Source of the DNA: a virus | Lineage: Duplodnaviria; Caudoviricetes | Length of the DNA stretch: 56,802 nucleotides | Strand: one strand, 5' to 3' | Virus record (IMG/VR): IMGVR_UViG_3300049053_000110 | Location: 1-56,802 of that record | Shown here: positions 8,773 to 18,134 of the stretch, piece by piece | Layout of the letters: each line of letters opens with the position of its first letter | Position numbering within the stretch: the stretch's first letter is position 1 | Notes under the pieces: model-generated | The model's input: only the letters and a program-made list of their open reading frames with translations | The model's database searches: none | Told to the model about the DNA's origin: nothing | Program-made: the position numbers and the translations under genes

Positions 8773-11411
8773 GTATATCATTACGACCATATCAAACACT
8801 CGGCATCGACAAGCTGGCAACGAAGTTCAGTAAGGGAATTAGCAGGATGATTTTTCAGCTTGCAACCGGAGGCGGCAAGTGTTTAGGAAATGGCACCCCT
8901 GTTCTTATGTATGACGGCACCATTAAAGAAGTGCAGGATATAAAAAGGGGTGAGTTTTTGATGGGTCCTGATTCAAGGCCAAGAAAGGTTTTAAGCACAT
9001 GTACCGGCAAGGAAATGATGTATAGGGTCAATCCCATTAAAGGAGAGCCATACGTTGTGAACGAAAGCCATGTTCTTTCTCTTCGGATTACAAACACCGG
9101 AGCAAAGAACGTAACTGCTCCAAACGGAAAGAAATATTGTAGCGGCGATATAGTAAATATTTCTGTAAGCGATTATTTGAAAGGCTCTAAAACTTTTAAG
9201 CATGTTGCAAAGGGCTATCAGTCTTGCGCAATTGATTTTAACTCTAATTCGGAATTATTAATTCCTCCTTACATTTTGGGGTTATGGCTTGGTGATGGAA
9301 ATAGCAAAACACCAGGATTTTCAACCAAAGACGCAGAAATAGTTTCCGCTCTTCGATCTTATGCAAAAGGAATAGGCTGCACAATTAGAGAGGAGTTGGC
9401 AGAAGGCAAATGTCCAATATATTATGTTGTTGGCGGGCCAAGTAAAGGAATGAAAGGTGGTAGCAATCCTATTGTTAATCATTTAAAAACTTACAGCCTT
9501 CGCAACAATAAGCACATACCGATTGCTTATTTAACGGCATCGTTTTCTGACCGATTAGAATTGCTGGCAGGATTGGTTGACACCGATGGCTATGTTCATC
9601 ATGCAGGTTTTGATTTTGTTTTCAAGGTTGAAAGGCTTGCGAATGATTTATGTTTTCTGGCAAGGTCGCTGGGGCTAAGAGCAATAAAAAAAGAGTGCGA
9701 AAAAACCTGTTGTAACAATGGCGTAACTGGCACTTATTACCGAGTTCATATTAATGGCGACTGTTCCAAAATCCCAACACGCATAAAAAGAAAGCAAGCT
9801 CCAAAAAGAAGGCAAATAAAATCTCATTTGATTACCGGAATTTCTGTCGAGAAAATTGGTCTTGGTGAATATTATGGTTTTGAATTAGATGGAGACGGCT
9901 TGTTTTTACTTGGCGATTTTACTGTAACCCATAACACCGTAATGTTTGCAGGGCTCATTAAGCGGTATTTAATGAAGCAACAAAAGAGGGTGCTTATCCT
10001 GGTGCACCGAGAGGAGTTGCTCTTGCAGGCATACAGAACATTATTTCACGGCTTTGATATTACTGCAGCTCCCGTAACTGCCGGAACAACTTACCTCCCT
10101 AACGTTATGGTGTACGTGGCCATGGTGGAAACAGCTAACAACAGGCTCAAGAAAAACCCGAACTATTTTGGAAGCATTGGTCTTGTAATAGTCGATGAGG
10201 CGCATATTGGAAATTTCAAGAAACTATACGATCAGTTTTCCGATTCGCTCATTATCGGCTTTACTGCTACTCCTATAAGCGGAAGCAAAAAGGATCCTCT
10301 CAAAAATTACTTTCAGGACATAGTAACGGGCATCGATATTCCTGACCTAATTGACTTATGGAAGAAAGATAATAGCACCGGCCTTGTACCAAACAGGACC
10401 TACCACATAAAGAATGTGGATAGAAAGGCACTTAGCATTAAGAACGGCGAGTTTGATGAGGAGGAAATGGGTAAAGTGTTTTCATCTACCAAGCATGTAC
10501 AAAACTGCCTGGCAGCTTATAACAACTATTGCAAAAAGGAGAAAACAATAATCTTCAATTGCAACATCGAGCACTCAAAGAAGGTCCGTGATGCATTCCT
10601 TTCCTTCGGATATCCTGTTAGGCATTTGGATGGAGAGACAGATAAGAAAGTACGGAAAGAAATATTGCACTGGTTTAAAGAGACCCCTAATGCTGTCCTC
10701 TGCAACGTGGGTGTGCTCACCGCTGGTTTTGATGAGCCGAGTATCATGCATGTAATAGTTAACCGTGCTACTATGTCACTCCCTTTATGGCTTCAAATGA
10801 CAGGGAGGGGGGCAAGGCCTTATCCTGGTAAGCAAGCGTTCCAGATTATCGACATGGGAGGTAATGCGTATGCGCACGGAGATTGGTGCGATTCGAGAGA
10901 CTGGAGCGATATGTTCCATAATCCACCAAAGCCAAAAGAGGGCGGTGAGGCGCCCGTTAAAGAGTGTGTAGGCTGCGCTGTGCTCATTCATGCATCGTAC
11001 AAGCTTTGCCCGCACTGCGGCGCTCTGAATGCCTCTAAACCGAAGTATGATGATGGCATAATAACCTTTGAGCTTCTTACCAAAAAGAGTCCGATTGAAA
11101 TTAATGTGCCTGCCTTGGTTGCTGAATATACAGGCAAGGTAAAAGCTGATGGTACGCCATACAAGGAACTTGCTGCAGTGCATGAAATGAAGCGTCAGAT
11201 AATTACGCATGTTAAGTACAAATGGAGGTTAAGGGTTTTGGATGATAAGACAGCCAATGCACTCGTCGCTATGTACCATGATGCAATTAACCATTGGTGT
11301 AGAGTAAAGAACAAGCCGTTTAGCTCCTGGTTACAAATGAACAGCCGTGAGTGGTTACTTGTGGAGTTAAAAAGGGTATTTAATTACGAAAGTCAAAAAC
11401 AGGTTGCATGA
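8769..11411 (+). CDS. SF2 DEAH helicase containing an intein
   Basis: LRPYQ, TGGGK/T, DEAH, TAT, QMTGRGAR motifs; C-terminal CxxC..CPHC zinc finger. Confidence 0.9.
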   Translation: MSISLRPYQTLGIDKLATKFSKGISRMIFQLATGGGKCLGNGTPVLMYDGTIKEVQDIKRGEFLMGPDSRPRKVLSTCTGKEMMYRVNPIKGEPYVVNESHVLSLRITNTGAKNVTAPNGKKYCSGDIVNISVSDYLKGSKTFKHVAKGYQSCAIDFNSNSELLIPPYILGLWLGDGNSKTPGFSTKDAEIVSALRSYAKGIGCTIREELAEGKCPIYYVVGGPSKGMKGGSNPIVNHLKTYSLRNNKHIPIAYLTASFSDRLELLAGLVDTDGYVHHAGFDFVFKVERLANDLCFLARSLGLRAIKKECEKTCCNNGVTGTYYRVHINGDCSKIPTRIKRKQAPKRRQIKSHLITGISVEKIGLGEYYGFELDGDGLFLLGDFTVTHNTVMFAGLIKRYLMKQQKRVLILVHREELLLQAYRTLFHGFDITAAPVTAGTTYLPNVMVYVAMVETANNRLKKNPNYFGSIGLVIVDEAHIGNFKKLYDQFSDSLIIGFTATPISGSKKDPLKNYFQDIVTGIDIPDLIDLWKKDNSTGLVPNRTYHIKNVDRKALSIKNGEFDEEEMGKVFSSTKHVQNCLAAYNNYCKKEKTIIFNCNIEHSKKVRDAFLSFGYPVRHLDGETDKKVRKEILHWFKETPNAVLCNVGVLTAGFDEPSIMHVIVNRATMSLPLWLQMTGRGARPYPGKQAFQIIDMGGNAYAHGDWCDSRDWSDMFHNPPKPKEGGEAPVKECVGCAVLIHASYKLCPHCGALNASKPKYDDGIITFELLTKKSPIEINVPALVAEYTGKVKADGTPYKELAAVHEMKRQIITHVKYKWRLRVLDDKTANALVAMYHDAINHWCRVKNKPFSSWLQMNSREWLLVELKRVFNYESQKQVA
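8880..9935 (+). mobile_element. Intein with LAGLIDADG homing endonuclease (352 aa)
   Basis: Starts CLGNGTPV, block B NESH, LGLWLGDG and LAGLVDTDG motifs, ends VTHN followed by Thr+1; splits Walker A GK|T. Confidence 0.92.
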
Positions 11412-11572
11412 GATATATAACACCTATTATTATTTGCTTGGGATTTTATACTCTGATTGGTTTTTTGTGTTGGAATTTTAATCATTGGTGGCCTTCTCTT
11501 TTGCTATTAGTACAACCAACTTGGTCATCCGAAACATCTGAAAACAAATTTAGAATTAATAAGAAGGAGTGA
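11408..11572 (+). CDS. Small membrane protein (54 aa)
   Basis: ATGA coupling to the helicase stop; hydrophobic MRYITPIIICLGFYTLIGFLCW. Confidence 0.45.
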   Translation: MRYITPIIICLGFYTLIGFLCWNFNHWWPSLLLLVQPTWSSETSENKFRINKKE

Positions 11573-11650
11573 TTTTTTTAAAAGCTCAGGTTACGAGGTT
11601 AGACGTTTCTTATAATAAAACAATTAACAATCCACCAATAGTAGTATCCA

Positions 11651-12523
11651 GTGAATTACATACAAGAGATAAAGTCCTTCAACGATTGGCTCGTCATAAA
11701 CCCATCTGTCACATCCGACGATATCGTATTGTGGTATGCCCTTATGAACCTCAATAATATTAATGGATGGCATAAAGAGTTTACAGTAGCCATATCAACC
11801 ATAATGGATCGGACTCGGCTTTCACGCTCAGCGATCTATAGGTCAAGGAATCGCCTTGTACAAATGAACCGATTGATTGCAAAAGAAAGAACGGGCAATC
11901 AGTGTGCAGTGTATCAAATTATTTCATTCTATGCGTCTCAATATGGCACACACAATGGAACACAAGTAAAAACTGTGTCCCCTAATGGAACGCAACCTGA
12001 CACACAACTTGGAACGCAATCTGGAACACAAACTGGAACGGAACCTGGGACTATTAATAAAACTAAACTAGATGAAACTAAACAAAACAATGTTGGCGCA
12101 CCTGTCGGTGCTCCTGAAATTAAGCCGGTAAAAAAAATTGATAAGAAAAAAAATAAAGAACCGGCCACGCCTTTTTGGGAAGCCCTCGTAAAAGTTTGGT
12201 TTGATTACAACAAGCAAAAATTTGGCGACGATCCAAGTTTTGCTCAACGCGACCCTAGTTATTTCCGCAGCATCGTTCAAAGGTTGCGAAAGCGGGCAGA
12301 AAAGCAAAATGTTGAGTGGACAGAACCGGAGGCATGCAAACGGTTAAAAAGTTTTCTTGACAAGTGCTATAGCGACAAATGGCTAAGCACGAATTTCCTA
12401 CTAAACAATATTCTTAATCAATTTGACAAACTACAACTGAATCAAAAAAATGGAACCTATAAGCAAACTAATGCAAAACCAATTCCCGAAGCGGTCAGCT
12501 CGGGAGGCTTTGGAAACTTATAA
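11651..12523 (+). CDS. Phage replication initiator
   Basis: N-terminal winged-HTH-like region, internal repeats, upstream of a DnaC-like gene. Confidence 0.75.
   Translation: MNYIQEIKSFNDWLVINPSVTSDDIVLWYALMNLNNINGWHKEFTVAISTIMDRTRLSRSAIYRSRNRLVQMNRLIAKERTGNQCAVYQIISFYASQYGTHNGTQVKTVSPNGTQPDTQLGTQSGTQTGTEPGTINKTKLDETKQNNVGAPVGAPEIKPVKKIDKKKNKEPATPFWEALVKVWFDYNKQKFGDDPSFAQRDPSYFRSIVQRLRKRAEKQNVEWTEPEACKRLKSFLDKCYSDKWLSTNFLLNNILNQFDKLQLNQKNGTYKQTNAKPIPEAVSSGGFGNL
11944..12090 (+). repeat. Iteron-like 12-bp repeats plus A-rich tract (probable origin)
   Basis: TGGAAC(A/G)CAA-like units at 11956, 11986, 11998, 12010, 12022 and 12034, followed by an A-rich tract. Confidence 0.6.
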
Positions 12524-13289
12524 GCACATTGATCTTACTCCGGAGGAAGAAGCCGAAGCAATCCTTTGGGGTAAACAAAAAAAAGAACGGTTGCTCGAAA
12601 GCCAGGAGCTTGAACGCAGGGCTGCAGAGAACCGAAGGAAGCTCGTAGGAACCAAGTGGAGTTATGAGCAAACAAAAGGCTTCATGGAGTATCGGGCAAA
12701 GCAAATATTTCCAGAAAAAGGCTTTACTGTGGACCAAGGTAATCGACTCGTTTACGACCTGCTTTGCTACTATTTTTCTCGAGATGAAACATTTGTTTCT
12801 ATAGCGCAGAATGCAGGAGTGCAAAACCCTTCGATGGATAAAGGCATTATGCTTGCCGGTGTGTTTGGTACCGGTAAGACAACGGTAATGAAGTTGTTTC
12901 AAAAAAATCAAAGGCAAGTTTATTTTATGCGCAGTGCAAAACAACTTGCGGACGAATATCAGGCCAACGGCGTGGAAGCGGCAGAGATATATCAAAACAA
13001 ATTCAAGAATGCTGTAGGTGATGGAGCGATGTTTTTTCAGCCGTTTAGCGCTCTTTGTATCGATGATATAGGCAGTGAAGATGTTAAGAAGCACTTTGGT
13101 AATGAACGTAATGTTATTGGCGACATAATCGAGAACCGATATTCCAGGGGCAACGTTGGTATTTGGCTACACGCTACTACGAACTTAACCGGCGATCAGA
13201 TTGAGCAATATTACGGCGGCAGGGTACGCAGCCGGATGAGAGAGATTTTCAACTTTATTGAATTAGGAGGAGGCGACAGGAGAAAATGA
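12450..13289 (+). CDS. DnaC/IstB-like helicase loader ATPase
   Basis: GVFGTGKT, CIDDIG, TTNL, RVRSRMRE motifs. Confidence 0.85.
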   Translation: MEPISKLMQNQFPKRSAREALETYKHIDLTPEEEAEAILWGKQKKERLLESQELERRAAENRRKLVGTKWSYEQTKGFMEYRAKQIFPEKGFTVDQGNRLVYDLLCYYFSRDETFVSIAQNAGVQNPSMDKGIMLAGVFGTGKTTVMKLFQKNQRQVYFMRSAKQLADEYQANGVEAAEIYQNKFKNAVGDGAMFFQPFSALCIDDIGSEDVKKHFGNERNVIGDIIENRYSRGNVGIWLHATTNLTGDQIEQYYGGRVRSRMREIFNFIELGGGDRRK

Positions 13290-13672
13290 AAAACTTTTCA
13301 TTCGACGATATAAAAAAATCTGCATGCGCTCACTTGAATCCGCACTTATTTGAGGAGGATGCACGTGAAACAAAAAAGAGCAAGTATAATAACAAAAAAA
13401 CAGTTCTCGACGGACATGAGTTTGACAGCAAGAAAGAAGCAACCAGGTACTTTAATTTGAAATTAAAATTTCTTGGTGGGCACATTACAGATCTACAGGT
13501 ACAGGTAGAGTTTCAATTATCCACCTGTAAATACATAGCTGATTTTACCTACTATGAAAACGGTGAGTACGTGGTTGAAGATGTGAAAAGCAAGGCAACC
13601 ATGACGGCGATATACAGGCTGAAAAAGAAAATTATGTTGGAGGAGAAAGGAGTTGAGATTAAAGAAGTGTAG
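13286..13672 (+). CDS. DUF1064-family nuclease-like protein
   Basis: SKYNNKKT..FDSKKEA..YIADF..VVEDVK. Confidence 0.8.
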   Translation: MKNFSFDDIKKSACAHLNPHLFEEDARETKKSKYNNKKTVLDGHEFDSKKEATRYFNLKLKFLGGHITDLQVQVEFQLSTCKYIADFTYYENGEYVVEDVKSKATMTAIYRLKKKIMLEEKGVEIKEV

Positions 13673-13808
13673 CCGGTTGATAAGTATTCCAGCAGATGAA
13701 GACGGCGACGAGCAGGAAGATGATGAATAGAATTACTGAACGATAAACCGAGCGTGGCAACAGAAGCCTCATAGTAGCACCATAGCTCACAACCAAAAAT
13801 AAAAAACC

Positions 13809-14030
13809 ATGAACAATAAAATTTTAAACTTTTTAAAAACTCTTCCCGAGCCTTACAATAGACAAGCCATAAAAAACTACAACCCTTCTTTTTATGTAGA
13901 AGGAGCGCCAATAGAAAACAATAATGACGCTTTGGGATGGGCTTTTGATTGGAGCTTATCTCCTGAAGGAGAAGAGTATTGGATGAAATTAAGGAGACAC
14001 CTAGAGCAAGGCGAACCATTACCAAAATAG
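13809..14030 (+). CDS. Hypothetical protein
   Basis: ORF track. Confidence 0.65.
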   Translation: MNNKILNFLKTLPEPYNRQAIKNYNPSFYVEGAPIENNNDALGWAFDWSLSPEGEEYWMKLRRHLEQGEPLPK

Positions 14031-14072
14031 CTCAAAACCAAAGCCTCTATAAAAAGAACTAAAAAAGATTGT

Positions 14073-14657
14073 ATGGAAAACGAACAAGACTTTACAGACG
14101 ATTTTGATATTCATGTTCCCTTACAAAAAAAGATATTAGCTGGTATGGAAAATAAAGAAGTATATGTATGGGTAAAAGCAAGTGAACCTCCAAAAGAAGA
14201 CGGTATTTATGTTTGTAGGCTAGAAAAAAAGGAGCATGGAGTAAGAACTGAAATAGCCTCCTTTATGGAATATAGAACCGTTTATGGTGCTTTCCATGAT
14301 AACAACGATGGTTTTAAGGTAATTGAATGGCTAGAAGCACAAACCCTTCCCCTACAAGAGTGTTATGTGCCTGTTTCTAAAGACGAATGGTTTGCTTTGA
14401 ATCAAGAACAAAGGCATCAATTATGGGCAGGTAGAGACTTGAATACTGGCGAACCTGTATGGCTTAAAAAACTATCCCTTCCCTTAAAGGAGCAGGAAGA
14501 TGTAGAGGCTTTGGCGAAGGATTTTGTTAATGAAAAGTATGAGCAAATGAAACATCTTCTTTATATGACCCCAATTGAACTACAACAATGGAAAGAATTT
14601 GCAATGAGAAATTTCATCTCAGGCTACAGAGCAGCCCAAAAAGAAATTAACCAGTAA
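14073..14657 (+). CDS. Hypothetical protein
   Basis: ORF track. Confidence 0.65.
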   Translation: MENEQDFTDDFDIHVPLQKKILAGMENKEVYVWVKASEPPKEDGIYVCRLEKKEHGVRTEIASFMEYRTVYGAFHDNNDGFKVIEWLEAQTLPLQECYVPVSKDEWFALNQEQRHQLWAGRDLNTGEPVWLKKLSLPLKEQEDVEALAKDFVNEKYEQMKHLLYMTPIELQQWKEFAMRNFISGYRAAQKEINQ

Positions 14658-14668
14658 ATGATAAGGTA

Positions 14669-14914
14669 ATGGAGCAGTATTATTTTAAAACCAGAGGCGA
14701 TGAAATAGATGTTGATTGCATTGAACCATGTATGGTAAGAAGTGGAGTTATGATAGGTAGTGTTGTTTGTCAAGAGTGCAAGCATTGTACACATTCAAAT
14801 GCTACAGACATCTTTGGATGTAGTTGGATTGCTTGCGAAAGGATAAATGAAGCTACGGCATTGCCGAATAGCGATAAAGGCGTACAAAAGTGCGACGCAA
14901 CAAAAGCTAAATAG
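14669..14914 (+). CDS. Cys-rich hypothetical protein
   Basis: CQECKHC motif. Confidence 0.55.
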   Translation: MEQYYFKTRGDEIDVDCIEPCMVRSGVMIGSVVCQECKHCTHSNATDIFGCSWIACERINEATALPNSDKGVQKCDATKAK

Positions 14915-14952
14915 CATTACAAATGTTTGGTAACCAATAAACAAAGAAAACA

Positions 14953-15312
14953 ATGGAAGCAAAAGATATAGCTACAGGGGATAGAATAATAGCAGAATTT
15001 GTCTCATTAAGAGTTGATTCTTTGAATGGTGATACTTGGATTGTGGGCCATAATGGAAATGAAGTATGGCACAATGAAAGTTCTGAAAATTGGGCTTTCC
15101 ACACTTCATTCGATTGGCTTATGCCTGTAGTAGGAAAGATAAAAAAGTCAGGGGATTATTATTATAGTAAGCATTTTTTAAGCAGACATGGGGCAGAAGC
15201 TTCTGAAATATTAGATCGCATTGATTTGGCTTTAACTTCTGTTGATATTGAAGCCGTTTGGCAAGCAGTAGTAGCTTTTCTTGAATACTATAATCAACAA
15301 TCTAAACCATGA
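14953..15312 (+). CDS. Hypothetical phage protein
   Basis: FHTSFDWLMPVV motif. Confidence 0.65.
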   Translation: MEAKDIATGDRIIAEFVSLRVDSLNGDTWIVGHNGNEVWHNESSENWAFHTSFDWLMPVVGKIKKSGDYYYSKHFLSRHGAEASEILDRIDLALTSVDIEAVWQAVVAFLEYYNQQSKP

Positions 15313-15494
15313 GTAAAGACATAGCAGAGTTAACGAGAAATAAAATAGTTATCACTACTACCAGAGATGGCGAGGTGCAGACCGATGAATATTTAGTATC
15401 TGATAAGGTAATAGCTAAAATTCAAAAATTCTTTTCTGATATAGAAATGAAGAAGGAAGAGGTTAAACGACGCATAATCAATTCAAAGCCATGA
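15309..15494 (+). CDS. Hypothetical protein
   Basis: Coupled ORF. Confidence 0.55.
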   Translation: MSKDIAELTRNKIVITTTRDGEVQTDEYLVSDKVIAKIQKFFSDIEMKKEEVKRRIINSKP

Positions 15495-16600
15495 ACAAAG
15501 AACCCCGCATCTATCTAGAAGAACTAGGTAAGCTATTGCCTTTGCCGGAAAAGTTTAAGCCTATTAAAAAGGTTGATGAAACAATCTTAGACCGTCTTGA
15601 ATATGAAAATGACATGCACTTTTACAACTCATGGCTAAATTCAGGCATTACTGTAAGCCCTGAACTAAAAGAGATATTAAAGGATGGGGGAGTGTATGAT
15701 CTGAATGAGTTTGGTATTGAGGATTGCGAGACTTGCGGAGGTGATGGTAAAGAAACCTGCAATAATCCAGATCACGGACTTATAGGTGCAATGGGCTTTC
15801 ATGATATTGGGAGAATTGGATGCCCCGTCTGTGGGCATGACCCAAATTTTAAAGTTAAAAATGGTGGGGCTTGCGATCAATGTGATGGTAAGGGAAAGGT
15901 TGCTGTACCATTACCACAAGCCATAGAAGATAAGCCCCTGAGTGAACAAAGCGATATTGAAAATGAAGCTAATTCCCCAAAATTAACTCCGCAGGAATTT
16001 ATTCAGAAAACAAAAGCAATGTTGAAGCACATCTATGAAAGCTATTCTAAGTATGTAAAGCATGAGCAAATACCAGATAGTACTTGTAATCGGTGTGGAG
16101 GCTTTTTGTACATAGAACAAGGTGGAGTTGGTGATGTAGATTGCCCTTCATGCAGGGGAACCGGAATGGAGTACGAAAGCGGTTTTGATGCAGAAGGCTT
16201 TAGCGAATTCATTGAACATGGAATTATGTTTGGCAATCAACCATTCCTTGAATTAATGGACGCTCAAATAATCGAAGAACAGAACCCTACTGCCAGTAAT
16301 AGTGTATCTGCTGTTGATTGGGAGAAAGATTTTAGTAATTATTGCCTGGTTAATTTAAAAGTTGATGTTGAAGAAATATTTAAAATCATTGACTACATAA
16401 AGACTAACCTATTATCCACCACACAGCAGGAGTTACAACAGTTAAGACAATGGAAGAAAGAAGCACTTGAGGTAATGCAGGATTTTCAAGAGATAGGAAG
16501 ATTATTAAGAATACCATTAGGGCATAGCGTGAGTGAAAATATTATTACTTATATCAAAAAGCTATTATCCACCAAAGAAGAAGTAAAGGAAGTTTTATGA
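15491..16600 (+). CDS. Protein with DnaJ-type CxxCxGxG zinc-finger motifs
   Basis: CETCGGDG, CDQCDGKG, CPSCRGTG. Confidence 0.65.
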   Translation: MNKEPRIYLEELGKLLPLPEKFKPIKKVDETILDRLEYENDMHFYNSWLNSGITVSPELKEILKDGGVYDLNEFGIEDCETCGGDGKETCNNPDHGLIGAMGFHDIGRIGCPVCGHDPNFKVKNGGACDQCDGKGKVAVPLPQAIEDKPLSEQSDIENEANSPKLTPQEFIQKTKAMLKHIYESYSKYVKHEQIPDSTCNRCGGFLYIEQGGVGDVDCPSCRGTGMEYESGFDAEGFSEFIEHGIMFGNQPFLELMDAQIIEEQNPTASNSVSAVDWEKDFSNYCLVNLKVDVEEIFKIIDYIKTNLLSTTQQELQQLRQWKKEALEVMQDFQEIGRLLRIPLGHSVSENIITYIKKLLSTKEEVKEVL

Positions 16601-16824
16601 ACCACCGATCAGGAACCAAATACCAAATTGTAAAAGGCGAAGGAAAAGGAAAATATTGCCTTGCTCTCCCATCCGATCAGCGGGAGGATTATCTAAAGAG
16701 AGGAAAGTTGTTTGTTCGCCTGTATGATGATCAGGGTCTCCAACATCGGACCGTGGTGGAAGACAAAAAGGTTTGTGCACTCATCCACCTGGAGAAAGTA
16801 AAATATTGCGGAATGCAAGATTAA
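16597..16824 (+). CDS. Hypothetical protein
   Basis: Coupled ORF. Confidence 0.55.
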   Translation: MNHRSGTKYQIVKGEGKGKYCLALPSDQREDYLKRGKLFVRLYDDQGLQHRTVVEDKKVCALIHLEKVKYCGMQD

Positions 16825-16835
16825 CAATTATACCA

Positions 16836-17054
16836 ATGAACCCTGAACTAAAAAACACACTGAAGCAAAAGTCAAAAGAAATGTACCGGTGCCTCACCAT
16901 GCTCGATGCGGCACTTCTTATGAATAGTATTGAAAAAGCGGAAGAGCAATTAACCAAACTAAATGTATTAATCGCTTCTACCATGGAGGCAATAAAATCT
17001 AATCCCAATGCAATCGACATTCTCACAGAACGTGAAAAAAGGCCGCAAGCTTAA
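16836..17054 (+). CDS. Hypothetical protein
   Basis: ATG 16836 in the ORF-track frame. Confidence 0.55.
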   Translation: MNPELKNTLKQKSKEMYRCLTMLDAALLMNSIEKAEEQLTKLNVLIASTMEAIKSNPNAIDILTEREKRPQA

Positions 17055-17346
17055 AGGCTGGACACAAGAGCGGGCAGCATTCATGGCCGGCATGAAGCGG
17101 GCAACCTGGGGCTCGTATGAAGATAGCAGAGCGTTCCCCTCTGCCGATAACCTTTCTAAAATTGCAGATGCATTAAGCGTGGATGATGATCTTTACAACT
17201 TTATTAACTGCGATGATTTTTACACGGCCACGGGCAGGCGAAGAAAATACAACAGGAAAAACAAAGTCTCTCCTATAGAGAAAAAATACAACTCACTCCC
17301 CGCACCCATCCGGCACACAATTGATACACTTTTGGGGCTCTGCTAA
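17008..17346 (+). CDS. XRE-family HTH transcriptional regulator
   Basis: GWTQERAA..GMKRATWGSYEDSRAFP..L.KIADAL. Confidence 0.85.
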   Translation: MQSTFSQNVKKGRKLKGWTQERAAFMAGMKRATWGSYEDSRAFPSADNLSKIADALSVDDDLYNFINCDDFYTATGRRRKYNRKNKVSPIEKKYNSLPAPIRHTIDTLLGLC

Positions 17347-17417
17347 ATAGTTTAACAAGAGGCGCAAGCACATTGTTGAGGTAGTATTGTATAACGCCAT
17401 CCACCACCACCTAAAAC

Positions 17418-17861
17418 ATGCTTGTAGTCACTAACCCACTTAAACGAGAGCATGCCCTTATAGGCAAGGCACTCGAAAAAGATTCGCCGGAAATCTACGA
17501 ACGGCTGAAATCTCTTTTTTGCGACACACCGCAGGAAATAAAATTCAAAAAAGTTCCAGCTTACTTTCTTCTTTACTGCGAAGTGTACAACATAAGCGCC
17601 GATGCTAACCTGAACACCCCAGAAGATCGCCGTGTATTTGTTGGTGCGATGGTTCGCCTGTTAAGGACGGACCTGCTTAGGCCGTCACTGATCAAAGTGA
17701 GGGTGCGTTCCGGCTTCAATAAAATCCTTTACGAAACATTAGGTGTAACCGAAAGGCTGATGAATTACTACATAGGACAGGTGGCTATGTGGCTCCGTAC
17801 TGATGAAAATTTTAAAGCAAGAGTTTCCCAGGTGGTTGAAGAATTAACCAGGGAAGATTGA
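17418..17861 (+). CDS. Hypothetical protein, possible regulator
   Basis: 147-aa ORF ending 8 nt before the tRNA. Confidence 0.6.
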   Translation: MLVVTNPLKREHALIGKALEKDSPEIYERLKSLFCDTPQEIKFKKVPAYFLLYCEVYNISADANLNTPEDRRVFVGAMVRLLRTDLLRPSLIKVRVRSGFNKILYETLGVTERLMNYYIGQVAMWLRTDENFKARVSQVVEELTRED

Positions 17862-17869
17862 ATATAAAC

Positions 17870-17944
17870 CGCGGGGTGGAGGAGTGGTTCCTTGCCTCTT
17901 TGACTTGGAGGAGACCGGTAGTTCGATTCTACCCCCCGCAACCA
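17870..17944 (+). tRNA. tRNA with GAC (Val) anticodon on an initiator-type body
   Basis: Acceptor CGCGGGG/CCCCGCA with C1xA72; D-stem GAGG/CCTT; anticodon stem CCTCT/GGAGG with loop TTGACTT; T-arm GGTAG-TTCGATT-CTACC; encoded ACCA end. Confidence 0.88.
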
Positions 17945-17945
17945 G

Positions 17946-17972
17946 AAAAAGGAGCTTTAAACGGCTCTTTTT
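17946..17972 (+). terminator. Terminator after the tRNA
   Basis: AAAAGGAGC..GCTCTTTTT. Confidence 0.5.
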
Positions 17973-18134
17973 AGTTCTTTGAAATAATGGGTAAAAAGGC
18001 AAAAGAAAGCTGAAAATAGCTTTGAAAATCAATTATTTACAAAATAATTTGATTATTTGCTACTTTTTCAAAAATAGTTGTATATTTACGGTGTCATTCA
18101 ATTACATCATTTAAACACTTTAAAAACTACAATT

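Noticed and set aside
11944-12055. CRISPR-like array
   Set aside because: Tandem 12-bp coding repeats with no spacers and no cas genes.
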